Of a DNA stretch of 64,000 nt, positions 1 to 10,409 are shown piece after piece. How positions within the stretch are numbered: the stretch's first letter is position 1; each line of letters begins with the position of its first letter. Below the pieces are notes generated by a model. The model saw only the letters and a list, made by a program, of their open reading frames with translations. It did not search any database and was not told the DNA's origin. Source of the DNA: Winogradskyella sp. 3972H.M.0a.05 (lineage in GTDB: Bacteria > Bacteroidota > Bacteroidia > Flavobacteriales > Flavobacteriaceae); the NCBI RefSeq assembly GCF_040493455.1, contig NZ_JANFDA010000001.1:483283-547282 (forward strand), read 5' to 3'. Position numbers and translations under genes: made by a program.

Positions 1-612
1 GAGCATTTTGAAGAAGGCTATGTGTTTAACGGGTTTTTAACTGAGAAAAAGATTGAACGTCCTCTCAAAGTAAAATTTGAAGCCTTCACAGTATTTGTTG
101 ACGAAATGAAACGAGATACTAAAGCCATAAAGAACTCAGAAAATCCAGACTCTAAAGCATTCGAAGTAAAGCTAGGCAAAAGCCCAGAAGGTAGGTATAT
201 TAAGGTAAAGCACCACCAAGGGTATAGAACCATTCAGGTGTTTCAAAGACATCAAAATCGATTGACTTTAGTGAACGGTAAGACCGAGTGCGATCTTAAG
301 GAATATGATCAATACAATTCTAGTTGGAAGCCTTTGAAGATGCTACCAAGGTCGAATAACATTTTTAAGACTCTGGTCTTTGATAAAGAAGATTATAAGC
401 GATTTTCTGAAGTCGACATGAAGGAATTAAAGACCTATGTTAAGGAACATTGTGGTGAGGACTGGAGCAAGCTTATAGAAACATCAAAATCAATAGAAGA
501 TAAAGTTATAAAGGTTAATGCAAGTCAGATTCAGTTGAGAGTTCTTATGACCGATATCGATGGCTATAAAACAGAAAAGATTATCTCTTTTGAATTGCCT
601 GCAGAGAATTAA
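1..612 (+). CDS. hypothetical protein; 5'-partial because the frame is open from base 1 and in frame with ATG at 22
   Basis: Open frame from the window edge; no recognisable motifs; K/E-rich. Confidence 0.45.
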   Translation, partial: EHFEEGYVFNGFLTEKKIERPLKVKFEAFTVFVDEMKRDTKAIKNSENPDSKAFEVKLGKSPEGRYIKVKHHQGYRTIQVFQRHQNRLTLVNGKTECDLKEYDQYNSSWKPLKMLPRSNNIFKTLVFDKEDYKRFSEVDMKELKTYVKEHCGEDWSKLIETSKSIEDKVIKVNASQIQLRVLMTDIDGYKTEKIISFELPAEN

Positions 613-689
613 TATGATTCGTTTTTGATAGTGTTAAGCAGTAATATGGATGCATTGCGCAAAAATATTACTGCTTACTCTTTTACAGA

Positions 690-1244
690 TTACCTTAAAG
701 GAAACCCTTTTGCAGCCCACCAAGGATGTGTTTCAATAACCAAGCGGCCAGCTTTTACCATAGGGTCTAGATTTGCTAAACTATCTGCCATTTTTTGAGT
801 GGGCACATTGTAAATCGTAATCCCTCTTATCTCACCATCGTCACCAAAAGGACCAGAAATATCTGCATAACCTTCTTCGTACATTCTTGCAAGATGTGTC
901 ATATGAGCAGCTTGAAGCGTTGCTTTTTCTTCTTCACTCTGTGAGCGACTAGGTCCAGACTTTAAAAAGGCAATGAAATATTGTTGCATAAGAATGGTAT
1001 CCTGGGTTTCTTCATCAACAAAGTCCATAACCTGAAACCCTTTTTCGGTCAATTCTTTTTTAACTTGAGCCATAGATTTATGATCAGCATCGTTGTCATG
1101 ATGATGTTTTTCACCATGATGTTCATGTTCAGACTTGTGCTCATGTTTATGGTGTTTGTCTCCATCATGCTCATGAGTGTGCTCTTTATGCTTGCATCCA
1201 ACAATGCATATAGAAAGCAATAAAGTAAATAGAATGGTTTTCAT
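690..1244 (-). CDS. histidine-rich lipoprotein with C-terminal alpha/beta-barrel (YciI/Dabb-like) domain
   Basis: Lipoprotein-type signal (LLSICIVGC). A long HEH/HHH-rich stretch (HEHDGDKHHKHEHKSEHEHHGEKHHH) suggests metal binding. Confidence 0.55.
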   Translation of the reverse strand: MKTILFTLLLSICIVGCKHKEHTHEHDGDKHHKHEHKSEHEHHGEKHHHDNDADHKSMAQVKKELTEKGFQVMDFVDEETQDTILMQQYFIAFLKSGPSRSQSEEEKATLQAAHMTHLARMYEEGYADISGPFGDDGEIRGITIYNVPTQKMADSLANLDPMVKAGRLVIETHPWWAAKGFPLR

Positions 1245-1264
1245 TATGTGAGGTTTAAGTTAGT

Positions 1265-1735
1265 TTATATCCAAGTTGTATAAGGTATTTTGCTCAAATG
1301 AGAATTATAATACCTGATGTCTCCTGTTACTTCATCACCTAGCCAAGCGGGTTTAACAAAAGACTCGTCTTCAGAATTGAGCTCTATTTCTGCGATAATC
1401 AAACCTTCGTTAGCACCATAAAACTCATCTATCTCAAAGGTATGTTGTTCTTTTTTAACTAGATATCTTGTTTTGTCAATTTTAATAGGCTCACACAATT
1501 CGAGTAAAGCTTCAGCATCTTCTACCGAAATTTGTTTTTCCCACTCAAAACGTTTTAGGCCATCTTCAGAGGACTTTCCTTTTACAGTAATAATCCCTTC
1601 ATCGCCTTTTATACGAATACGAACAGTACGTTCAGGATCTGTGTTTAGAAAGCCTTGTACAATACGAATACTTTTATACGCTTCATCTCTGTAGGCATTG
1701 GAGTTCACCAAAAATTTTCGTTCGATCTCTATCAT
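1265..1735 (-). CDS. CYTH (CyaB/thiamine-triphosphatase-like) domain protein
   Basis: N-terminal EIERKFLV motif (the ExExK signature of CYTH domains); about 156 aa. Confidence 0.75.
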   Translation of the reverse strand: MIEIERKFLVNSNAYRDEAYKSIRIVQGFLNTDPERTVRIRIKGDEGIITVKGKSSEDGLKRFEWEKQISVEDAEALLELCEPIKIDKTRYLVKKEQHTFEIDEFYGANEGLIIAEIELNSEDESFVKPAWLGDEVTGDIRYYNSHLSKIPYTTWI

Positions 1736-1764
1736 AAACTAAAATATCTATTGCCTAAATTTAC

Positions 1765-2868
1765 ATGATGTCACTCGATATACCAATACGAAAAATTATT
1801 CATGTCGATATGGATGCTTTTTATGCATCCGTAGAACAGCTAGATAATCCTGAATTAAAAGGTAAACCTATTGCTGTTGGTGGTGGTGGAAAGCGAGGCG
1901 TGGTAAGTGCTGCAAGTTATGAAGCACGAAAGTTTGGTGTTAGAAGCGCGATGCCAGGCGCCCAGGCCAGACGAAATTGTCCGGATTTAATTTTTGTGCG
2001 ACCGCGTTTTGAGCGTTATGCCGAAATCTCTAAACGAATCCGAAAGATATTCTACGATTATACCGATTTGGTAGAACCCCTATCTATGGATGAAGCCTAT
2101 CTAGATGTGACAGAAAACAAAAAGGGAAATCCAAGTGCAACACTAATTGCACAAGAGATACGACAACGCATTTTTGATGAGGTACAGCTTACAGCCTCAG
2201 CAGGGATTTCAATAAATAAATTTATAGCCAAAGTCGCGAGTGATTATAACAAACCCAATGGACAGAAAACCGTGAACCCAGAAGACGTTTTAGAATTTCT
2301 TGAAGGCTTGGATATTCGAAAATTCTATGGTATTGGTAAGGTCACCGCAGAGAAAATGTACCAACTAGGGATTTTTACAGGAAAGGATTTAAAATCTAAA
2401 ACAAAGGATTACTTATCTGAGCGTTTTGGGAAATCTGGCCGTTATTATTACTATGTGGTGAGAGGGATTCATAACAGTGAAGTTAAACCAAATCGTATCC
2501 GAAAATCTCTGGCTGCCGAACGCACCTTCAGTGAAAACCTGTCTTCTGAAATTTTCATGCTTGAAAAACTTCAACATATTGCCCAAGAAGTATCGAAACG
2601 TTTGAATAAAAGTGAAGTAGCTGGTAAAACCGTGACGCTAAAGATTAAGTATAGCGATTTTTCGCTTCAGACTAGAAGCAAAACATTACCCTATTTTATC
2701 AGTGACGAGGGCATTATACTAGAAACCGCAAAAGAATTGCTCTATCAGGAGAAATTAAAAAACTCAGTAAGGTTACTGGGAATTTCGATGTCAAACCTCA
2801 ACACCGATAAACCTTCAAAAGAAAAAAAAGAAGAGCCTGTTAGTGTTCAGCTAAAGTTTGATTTTTAA
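1765..2868 (+). CDS. dinB: DNA polymerase IV (Y-family translesion polymerase)
   Basis: IHVDMDAFYASVE and SMDEAYLDVT motifs; about 367 aa. Confidence 0.9.
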   Translation: MMSLDIPIRKIIHVDMDAFYASVEQLDNPELKGKPIAVGGGGKRGVVSAASYEARKFGVRSAMPGAQARRNCPDLIFVRPRFERYAEISKRIRKIFYDYTDLVEPLSMDEAYLDVTENKKGNPSATLIAQEIRQRIFDEVQLTASAGISINKFIAKVASDYNKPNGQKTVNPEDVLEFLEGLDIRKFYGIGKVTAEKMYQLGIFTGKDLKSKTKDYLSERFGKSGRYYYYVVRGIHNSEVKPNRIRKSLAAERTFSENLSSEIFMLEKLQHIAQEVSKRLNKSEVAGKTVTLKIKYSDFSLQTRSKTLPYFISDEGIILETAKELLYQEKLKNSVRLLGISMSNLNTDKPSKEKKEEPVSVQLKFDF

Positions 2869-4307
2869 AAACTACAACTTGTAATTTCGGTAACCCTTAG
2901 TGTATTTACCATACCTTTATCTTGTATTGGCATAGCAGCAAGGCTGATAAGCATGTCACCCTCTTCTAAATACCCTTTTTTGCATGCAATAGCGTTTACA
3001 TCCTCTATGGTTTCATCGGTGCTTACAAACTTGTCATAGAAGAATGCTTTTACGCCCCAAAGCAAATTGAGTTGAGTAAGGATACGTTTGTTAGATGTAA
3101 ACACTAGGATATGGGCAGATGGTCTCCAAGCTGAAATTTGAAATGCAGTATATCCACTATTAGTCAAAGTCGAAATCGCTTTAGCGTTAATTTCGTTAGC
3201 CATATGAGCTGCATGATAACATACTGACTTGGTAATGTAACGTTTGGTTTTAATATGTGGAGGTGCTTGTGGTACTTGGATTAGGTGTGAATCTTCAACA
3301 CTTTTAATAATATTAGACATTTGAGTAATCACCTGAACAGGATATTGTCCAACAGAGGTCTCTCCAGATAGCATTACAGCATCAGCTCCATCCATGACAG
3401 AATTGGCAACATCGTTTACCTCCGCTCTGGTAGGCGTAAGGCTACTAATCATGCTTTCCATCATCTGTGTAGCAATAATCACAGGGATTCGGGCACGCTT
3501 GGCTCTAAGTACTAATTGTTTTTGAATTAATGGTACTTCTTGAGCAGGAACTTCAACACCCAAATCACCTCTTGCAACCATTAAACCATCACAATACGCA
3601 ACAATCTTGTCGATGTTTTCTACTGCTTCAGGCTTTTCAATCTTAGCAATGATTGGAATTTTATGCTCACTATGTTCTTTAATTAAGTCTTGTAACTGAA
3701 TAAGGTCATCGGCATGCCTAACAAAGGATAATGCAATCCAATCCACATTTTGACTAATAGCAAAAATGGCATCTTTAACATCCTTTTCAGTTAAGGCTGG
3801 TTGAGAAATAGCTGTATTTGGGAGGTTAACACCTTTCTTAGACTTTAAAGGACCTCCTTGTATTACTTTAGCTTTAACTTCAGATTTTTTATCTGTAGAA
3901 ACAACTTCAAAAATTAGTTTACCATCGTCTAGCAAAATGCGTTCACCTGGTTTTGCATCTTGAGGGAAGTTGTCATAAGTCATATAGACTCGTTGCTTGG
4001 TACCTTCAAAAGGAGCTCCAGTTGCAAAGATGATTTCATCACCTACATTAACAACAATATCACCCTTCATCACACCAACACGCAACTTTGGCCCTTGAAG
4101 ATCTCCTAGTATTGCAGCATTGTAACCAAATTCATCATTGAGCTCTCGTATCATGGTCATGCGTTCTATAACATCGTCATAGTTGGCATGCGAAAAATTA
4201 ATTCTAAATACATTAACACCTTCATCCAACATTGCTTTCAAAGTTTCCTTTTTGCTTGTTGCTGGACCTAGTGTAGCTACTATTTTGGTTTTCTTACGAT
4301 TTGGCAT
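2865..4307 (-). CDS. pyk: pyruvate kinase
   Basis: KTKIVATLGP N-terminus and MVARGDLGVE motif; 480 aa. Confidence 0.9.
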   Translation of the reverse strand: MPNRKKTKIVATLGPATSKKETLKAMLDEGVNVFRINFSHANYDDVIERMTMIRELNDEFGYNAAILGDLQGPKLRVGVMKGDIVVNVGDEIIFATGAPFEGTKQRVYMTYDNFPQDAKPGERILLDDGKLIFEVVSTDKKSEVKAKVIQGGPLKSKKGVNLPNTAISQPALTEKDVKDAIFAISQNVDWIALSFVRHADDLIQLQDLIKEHSEHKIPIIAKIEKPEAVENIDKIVAYCDGLMVARGDLGVEVPAQEVPLIQKQLVLRAKRARIPVIIATQMMESMISSLTPTRAEVNDVANSVMDGADAVMLSGETSVGQYPVQVITQMSNIIKSVEDSHLIQVPQAPPHIKTKRYITKSVCYHAAHMANEINAKAISTLTNSGYTAFQISAWRPSAHILVFTSNKRILTQLNLLWGVKAFFYDKFVSTDETIEDVNAIACKKGYLEEGDMLISLAAMPIQDKGMVNTLRVTEITSCSF

Positions 4308-4310
4308 AGA

Positions 4311-4787
4311 CTAAAAAATTAAATTGTCTTTAGACTTTAAAGAATCTACCTCTACAGAATAAGTTGTAATTATCTGTGGGATATTTTGAAGCTTTCCGAT
4401 AATCAAACGACTGTTAATACTATTCGATTCATGGGAAATCTTAATGAGGTAATCTACATTCTTAAGCTCAGGGATTAACTGATACGTCTTATAAACTCTG
4501 TCGGTTTCGAATAAAGAACCTGAACTTTGCAAACTCTCCTCTTCGGTTTTACATTGATTGGCTATGAGATTCCAAGTAACAAATTGACTAGTGTTCTCCC
4601 ATTCGTAAATTGGATATGAAGCAGCAAAATAATTGTAGTCTAGATCCTTCTCTTTTCGTTCTAGCTTTAGGTCTAGATATTGGTTTAATAAATAAGCCAA
4701 TCGATAATCCTCTATTCTACAATGAACTGCAATGAGAGTATACGATGCGTCATAAAAATCGTCAACAAGTAGCTTGTGCAACGCCAT
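4311..4787 (-). CDS. conserved hypothetical protein downstream of pyk
   Basis: ORF only; contains IPEL...VDY-like segment. Confidence 0.45.
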   Translation of the reverse strand: MALHKLLVDDFYDASYTLIAVHCRIEDYRLAYLLNQYLDLKLERKEKDLDYNYFAASYPIYEWENTSQFVTWNLIANQCKTEEESLQSSGSLFETDRVYKTYQLIPELKNVDYLIKISHESNSINSRLIIGKLQNIPQIITTYSVEVDSLKSKDNLIF

Positions 4788-4920
4788 AACCTTTTGTCAT
4801 TGAGGTGTAAATATAGCACATTAGTAGTAGTTTACTCTCAAGATTTTATTAATGTTTGGGAGATAATGTTACGAAATCGTTATAGTAGTATAACTTTTAT
4901 GATAAGCTAATAAAGAAAGG

Positions 4921-5664
4921 CTATATAACTTTGGAAATTTGATGCTGAAACGCAAAGAATGCACGTTTAGAAGCCTTTTCTTCTGCCTTCTTTTTTGAAG
5001 TTGCTCTGGCTTTGGCAACAACTCTATCGTTAATAGAAAGTTTTACCGAAAAGTGTTTTAGGTCATCATTACCAGTGTCTTCGTAGACGTTATAATTGAA
5101 TGTGTTTTTTTCTTTTTGACACCATTCAATGAGTAAGCTTTTATAGCTTATCACTTTACCTTCGAGCTTTTCTATATCTACGTGAGGATTGATAACTCTA
5201 TCAAAGATGAACTTTTCACAACTTTTATAACCCTTATCTAAAAAAATAGCACCAACCAAAGCTTCAAAAAGGTTACCGTGAATATTATTTCCAAAATTCT
5301 GAATAGGGATATTGGATTCTACATGATCAATCAAATTGAGCTCTTTTCCCAATTCATTGAGGTGCTCTCTACTGACCACTTTAGAACGCATTTTGGTGAG
5401 ATACCCTTCGTCGCCATGAGGAACTTCCTCAAAAAGATAAGACGCTATTACTGCGCTAAGCATAGCATCTCCTACAAACTCTAAACGCTCGTAGTTGAGC
5501 GCGTTACCCATTTTGTCCTTTATATTCATCGAACGGTGAGTAAACGCTTTTACATAGAGGTCTTTATGCTTTGGTTTGAAGCCAAGAATCTTTTCGAGAT
5601 GTAAAAAAAAATTCCCGTCTTTAGTAGAACGGGAATTTTTCAATATGTTACGAATGAATCTCAT
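4921..5664 (-). CDS. rnc: ribonuclease III
   Basis: ERLEFVGDA catalytic motif; C-terminal dsRBD-like K-rich tail. Confidence 0.9.
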   Translation of the reverse strand: MRFIRNILKNSRSTKDGNFFLHLEKILGFKPKHKDLYVKAFTHRSMNIKDKMGNALNYERLEFVGDAMLSAVIASYLFEEVPHGDEGYLTKMRSKVVSREHLNELGKELNLIDHVESNIPIQNFGNNIHGNLFEALVGAIFLDKGYKSCEKFIFDRVINPHVDIEKLEGKVISYKSLLIEWCQKEKNTFNYNVYEDTGNDDLKHFSVKLSINDRVVAKARATSKKKAEEKASKRAFFAFQHQISKVI

Positions 5665-5671
5665 TCGGGGT

Positions 5672-6922
5672 CTAGTCTATTTTCTTGAATAACACACAAG
5701 CATTGTGTCCGCCAAAACCAAATGTATTACTCATAGCAACTTTAACGTCTCGTTTTTGTGCCTTGTTTAATGTTAAGTTCAACTCAGGATCTATATTTTC
5801 ATCAACTGTAGAGTGGTTTATTGTTGGAGGCACGATACCATGCTCAATACTTAAGATTGATGCAATGGCTTCAATAGCTCCAGCAGCACCCAACAAGTGA
5901 CCCGTCATAGACTTAGTCGAATTAATATTAATAGTCTTAGCATGATCGCCAAAGACTTCTGTAATTGCTTTCAATTCTGCTACATCACCTAGTGGTGTTG
6001 AGGTACCATGAGTATTGATATGATCAACATCTTCAGGTTTCATGTTAGCATTTTCTAAACAATTACGCATTACAGCCATAACGCCAATACCTTCAGGGTG
6101 AGGAGCCGTCATATGATGTGCGTCAGAAGATAAACCTCCACCAACGACTTCAGCATATATTTTTGCACCTCTAGCTTTAGCATGCTCATACTCTTCAAGA
6201 ATAATAGCACCAGCACCTTCACCAAGTACGAAACCATCTCTGGTTGCGTCAAATGGTCTTGAAGCCGACTCAGGGCTCTCATTTCTTGTAGATAAGGCAT
6301 GCATGGCATTAAATCCACCCATTCCAGCTATAGTTACAGCAGCTTCACTTCCACCTGTAACTACTACATCACAATGTCCTAAACGAATATAGTTTAGCGC
6401 ATCGATCATAGCATTGGCAGAAGAAGCACAAGCTGATACTGTAGTATAGTTTGGTCCCATAAATCCATTTTTAATGGAAATATTACCAGGAGCAATATCA
6501 GCAATCATTTTTGGGATAAAGAAAGGATTAAACTTAGGAGTTCCGTCTCCTTCAGCAAAGTTTAGTACCTCTTCTTGAAAGGTCTCTAAACCTCCAATTC
6601 CTGCACCCCAAATAACACCGACTCTAAGCTTATTTACCTCATCTAGGTTAAGATTAGCATCAGCAATAGCTTCATCTGAAGCAACCATTGCATATTGCGT
6701 AAACTTATCCATTCGACGAGACTCTTTTCTATGAATAAAGTCGGCGACATTAAAGTTTTTTACTTCGCAAGCGAATTTGGTTTTGAACTTTTCAGTGTCA
6801 AAATAAGTAATAGGTGCAGCACCGCTCTTACCATTAACAAGACCATTCCAATAATCGTCTTTGGTATTCCCGATTGGCGTCAAAGCACCTAAACCAGTTA
6901 CTACAACTCGCCTTAATTCCAT
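5672..6922 (-). CDS. fabF: 3-oxoacyl-ACP synthase II
   Basis: VVTGLG N-terminus; active-site Cys region (SACASS); HxxH...GH motifs; 416 aa. Confidence 0.9.
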   Translation of the reverse strand: MELRRVVVTGLGALTPIGNTKDDYWNGLVNGKSGAAPITYFDTEKFKTKFACEVKNFNVADFIHRKESRRMDKFTQYAMVASDEAIADANLNLDEVNKLRVGVIWGAGIGGLETFQEEVLNFAEGDGTPKFNPFFIPKMIADIAPGNISIKNGFMGPNYTTVSACASSANAMIDALNYIRLGHCDVVVTGGSEAAVTIAGMGGFNAMHALSTRNESPESASRPFDATRDGFVLGEGAGAIILEEYEHAKARGAKIYAEVVGGGLSSDAHHMTAPHPEGIGVMAVMRNCLENANMKPEDVDHINTHGTSTPLGDVAELKAITEVFGDHAKTININSTKSMTGHLLGAAGAIEAIASILSIEHGIVPPTINHSTVDENIDPELNLTLNKAQKRDVKVAMSNTFGFGGHNACVLFKKID

Positions 6923-6934
6923 AAAAAATGTGAC

Positions 6935-7168
6935 TTATTTTGCGTCTTCTATATAAGAAATAGCTTGACCTACTGTTGCAATGTTTTCAGCTTGATCATC
7001 TGGAATCTGGATATCGAACTCTTTTTCGAACTCCATGATCAATTCCACTGTATCCAAAGAATCTGCTCCTAAATCATTAGTGAAGCTTGCTTCGGTTACG
7101 ACTTCGTTTTCATCAACACCTAATTTATCAACGATAATCGCTTTTACTCTTGATGCAATGTCTGACAT
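6935..7168 (-). CDS. acpP: acyl carrier protein
   Basis: [14 protein letters not shown] phosphopantetheine-attachment motif; 77 aa. Confidence 0.92.
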   Translation of the reverse strand: MSDIASRVKAIIVDKLGVDENEVVTEASFTNDLGADSLDTVELIMEFEKEFDIQIPDDQAENIATVGQAISYIEDAK

Positions 7169-7358
7169 AATCTTTTAATTTTTAAGTTTTAATTAGGTGG
7201 CAAAAATAAAAAACTTTATTGTAATAAACACCTTTGCGTACAAATTGTGCCTATAATTTACTAAAAATATAGATTCAACAATTTTTTATTTTACCGTCTA
7301 ATTGTAAATTATTATTCTTTTTTTTGTTTTCGAACTTTCGTAGCACTGATATCTAAAC

Positions 7359-7928
7359 ATGAAACGTATTGTAATTTTTGCTTCCGGTTCCGGAACTAAT
7401 GCTGAAAATCTGATTCGGTTTTTTCAAGAAAGAGATGACGCTACAGTGTCCGCTGTGTTGACTAACAATCCTCATGCCAAAGTTTTAGATCGATGTAAAA
7501 AACTAAAAGTCAGCGGGTTGTCATTCAATAGAACAGCGTTTACAGGCACTCATGATGTGCTAAATATCCTGAAAAGTATTCAACCCGATTTGATAGTATT
7601 AGCTGGATTTCTATGGAAATTCCCTGAAACTATGCTAAACGAATTTCCAAATAAGGTTATTAATATTCACCCAGCCCTGTTACCTAAGTACGGCGGAAAA
7701 GGGATGTATGGGAAGTATGTTCATGAAGCTGTTGTTGCTAATAAAGAAGCCGAAACAGGAATAACAATACACTACGTTAATGAACATTATGACGAAGGGG
7801 CGATTATTTTTCAGGCAAAATGCTCAGTAAATACTTCTGATACAGCTGAAGATGTAGCTGCTAAAATTCATGAGCTAGAAATGGAACACTTTCCGAAAGT
7901 AATGGCGAAGTTGTTAGGTGAGCAATAG
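7359..7928 (+). CDS. purN: phosphoribosylglycinamide formyltransferase
   Basis: IVIFASGSGTN N-terminus and INIHPALLP motif. Confidence 0.85.
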   Translation: MKRIVIFASGSGTNAENLIRFFQERDDATVSAVLTNNPHAKVLDRCKKLKVSGLSFNRTAFTGTHDVLNILKSIQPDLIVLAGFLWKFPETMLNEFPNKVINIHPALLPKYGGKGMYGKYVHEAVVANKEAETGITIHYVNEHYDEGAIIFQAKCSVNTSDTAEDVAAKIHELEMEHFPKVMAKLLGEQ

Positions 7929-8033
7929 TTCTCGATACTTCACTTCGAGCATTATTGACTTGTTTAAGAATGTATCGAGAAGTAGTTTAAAATCAATAAT
8001 GATATGTGCTTGAATTAGGTTCAAGATTATAAA

Positions 8034-8675
8034 ATGAGTAAAAAGAAGAAGAAATTCTATACCGTTTGGAAAGGACACCATACAGGAGTCTTTGAAACTT
8101 GGGAAGATTGTAAGGCACAAATCACAAATTTTGAAGGTGCTCAATATAAATCCTTTACTACGTTTGAAGCTGCTAAGAAAGCGCTGAAAGGAAATTATAA
8201 AGATTATATTGGAAAAAGTAAAGTCTTCAAAAGTGAACTCACTGAAGAACAACTTAAGAAAATTGGAAAGCCAAACTTTAACTCAATTAGTGTTGACGCA
8301 GCATCTTCTGGAAATCCTGGTAAGATGGAATACAGAGGTGTAGATACCAAAACCAAAAAACAAATATTTATTCAAGGCCCATTTGAAGAGGCTACAAATA
8401 ATATAGGTGAATTTTTAGCCATAGTACATGCTTTAGCATTGTTAAAGCAAAAGGATAGTGACCGAATTATCTATACTGACTCCAGAACCGCTATGAGTTG
8501 GGTGAAAAAGAAAACCTGCAATACCAAACTTGAACGTAACAATAAGAATAAACCAGTTTTCGACCTTGTAGATCGTGCTATTAATTGGCTAAACAACAAT
8601 ACGTATAGGACTGTTATCGTAAAATGGGAAACCAAAGCTTGGGGAGAAATCCCAGCTGACTTTGGAAGGAAGTAA
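8034..8675 (+). CDS. rnhA: ribonuclease HI with N-terminal hybrid-binding (viroplasmin-like) domain
   Basis: KFYTVWKGHHTGVF...FEAAKKAL HBD motif followed by an RNase H fold with a D/E/D catalytic pattern. Confidence 0.8.
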   Translation: MSKKKKKFYTVWKGHHTGVFETWEDCKAQITNFEGAQYKSFTTFEAAKKALKGNYKDYIGKSKVFKSELTEEQLKKIGKPNFNSISVDAASSGNPGKMEYRGVDTKTKKQIFIQGPFEEATNNIGEFLAIVHALALLKQKDSDRIIYTDSRTAMSWVKKKTCNTKLERNNKNKPVFDLVDRAINWLNNNTYRTVIVKWETKAWGEIPADFGRK

Positions 8676-8677
8676 AG

Positions 8678-9286
8678 TTAATTACGCCACTTTACCCAAA
8701 CAATCATCGAAACATTATTCACGTCACCATTACCATCATCGATAATTCTACCGTTAATAAAATCTCCGGCCGAAAAATCTATATTCAAAGAACTATTCGT
8801 ATACTCAGAAGCTGAAGTTGTTACCGTAGTTGCTGAATTTGTAGTATTTCCATTTCTTACCTGGATAGAAAACTCTTTAGATTGAGCACCATTGTTAGAA
8901 TTCGACTTTACGGAAACATAAGTTATAGTACCATCAAAAGGCATTAAATAACCAGAACGGTTATTGTTTTGATTACCAACAGTTCTTAAATTGGTGTCAT
9001 CAGCTCCTCCTGACCTCCCAAGCTGTAAAGGTGTAACCTCTACACTAAGCCATTTGCTACGAGTAGCATCATACATAAAAAGCTTGTCGCCAATAACAGC
9101 AATTTGCCCTGTAGTATTTCCAGTAGGAGAAGATTGAGGATTTAATTCAAGAGCAGGAATGCCAGTATCAGTAGTTTCAATTTCTAATTCGGCAGTAGGA
9201 TCAGTGGTACCTACACCAACTTGGGCAGATACGGAATAACATGTAAAAAATAACAGAAAAAAATAAATAGCCAGAAGGTCTTTCAT
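8678..9286 (-). CDS. hypothetical secreted protein
   Basis: Signal peptide (FFLLFFTCYSVSAQ); T/N/S-rich; no known motifs. Confidence 0.45.
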   Translation of the reverse strand: MKDLLAIYFFLLFFTCYSVSAQVGVGTTDPTAELEIETTDTGIPALELNPQSSPTGNTTGQIAVIGDKLFMYDATRSKWLSVEVTPLQLGRSGGADDTNLRTVGNQNNNRSGYLMPFDGTITYVSVKSNSNNGAQSKEFSIQVRNGNTTNSATTVTTSASEYTNSSLNIDFSAGDFINGRIIDDGNGDVNNVSMIVWVKWRN

Positions 9287-9423
9287 GATATAACAGATTT
9301 AGGGTTATACTATGATTAGAATGGCTATTACAGCAAAAGTACTAAAAATAAGCTTCAACTAAAAACAAGCTTTTGTACAGAATAAATTTTGAGTAAATTT
9401 GCACTTCATTTCAAAACGCTTTT

Positions 9424-10350
9424 ATGAGCAAATTAGTGATTGTCGGAACTGTAGCTTTCGACGCTATCGAAACACCTTTTGGTAAAACAGATAAGATTCT
9501 TGGAGGGGCAGCAACATTTATAGGTTTAGCAGCATCACAGTTTAAGGTAGATTCATCAATAGTATCTATTGTAGGTGGTGACTTCCCACAGGAATACTTA
9601 GACTTGCTTTCCGACAGAAACATTGACATTACTGGAGTAGAAATCGTTAAAGATGGAAAAACGTTTTTCTGGAGTGGGTTGTATCATAATGATATGAATT
9701 CGCGCGATACTTTGGTTACAGAGTTAAATGTATTAGCAGATTTTGAACCAGTGGTTCCAGAAGCCTACAGAGATGCAGAAATTGTAATGTTAGGAAATTT
9801 ACATCCACTAACGCAGCTTAGCGTTATTGAGCAAATGACCACTAAACCAAAAGCAATCATTTTGGACACCATGAACTTTTGGATGGATAATGCTTTGGAA
9901 GACTTGCACAAGGTTATGAAGCATATCGATGTGATTACAATCAATGATGAAGAAGCAAGACAGCTAACAGGAGAGTATTCACTTGTTGTAGCGGCCAGAA
10001 AGATTCATGAAATGGGGCCACAATATGTGGTTATTAAGAAAGGTGAACATGGTGCTTTACTATTTCACAAGGATAATGCATTCTATGCACCAGCATTACC
10101 TCTAGAAGAAGTTTTTGATCCAACAGGAGCAGGAGATACTTTTGCAGGAGGTTTTGCAGGATATTTAGCAAGAACAGGAGATACTTCTTTTGAAAATATG
10201 AAGAACGCAGTAATCTACGGTTCAACCTTGGCATCGTTCTGTGTTGAAAAATTTGGAACACAACGAATGGAGACACTCAAGGCCGATGAGGTACGCAAAC
10301 GTCTCCAGCAATTTAAGAATCTAACACAATTTGAAATAAAATTAACGTAA
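9424..10350 (+). CDS. PfkB-family carbohydrate kinase
   Basis: GGAATF near N-terminus and DPTGAGDTFAGG C-terminal ribokinase-family motif. Confidence 0.75.
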   Translation: MSKLVIVGTVAFDAIETPFGKTDKILGGAATFIGLAASQFKVDSSIVSIVGGDFPQEYLDLLSDRNIDITGVEIVKDGKTFFWSGLYHNDMNSRDTLVTELNVLADFEPVVPEAYRDAEIVMLGNLHPLTQLSVIEQMTTKPKAIILDTMNFWMDNALEDLHKVMKHIDVITINDEEARQLTGEYSLVVAARKIHEMGPQYVVIKKGEHGALLFHKDNAFYAPALPLEEVFDPTGAGDTFAGGFAGYLARTGDTSFENMKNAVIYGSTLASFCVEKFGTQRMETLKADEVRKRLQQFKNLTQFEIKLT

Positions 10351-10353
10351 CGA

Positions 10354-10386
10354 AACGCGCTCTAAAATGGAGCGCGTTTTTTTATT
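10354..10386 (+). terminator. Rho-independent terminator
   Basis: aacgcgctc-taaaatg-gagcgcgtt hairpin followed by a T7 run. Confidence 0.75.
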
Positions 10387-10409
10387 ACAACAACCCATTA
10401 TAATCCAAA

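Noticed and set aside
981-1223. 80-aa plus-strand ORF inside the His-rich lipoprotein gene
   Set aside because: It is antisense to the His-codon repeat (CAT/CAC giving ATG/GTG-rich), a compositional artefact.
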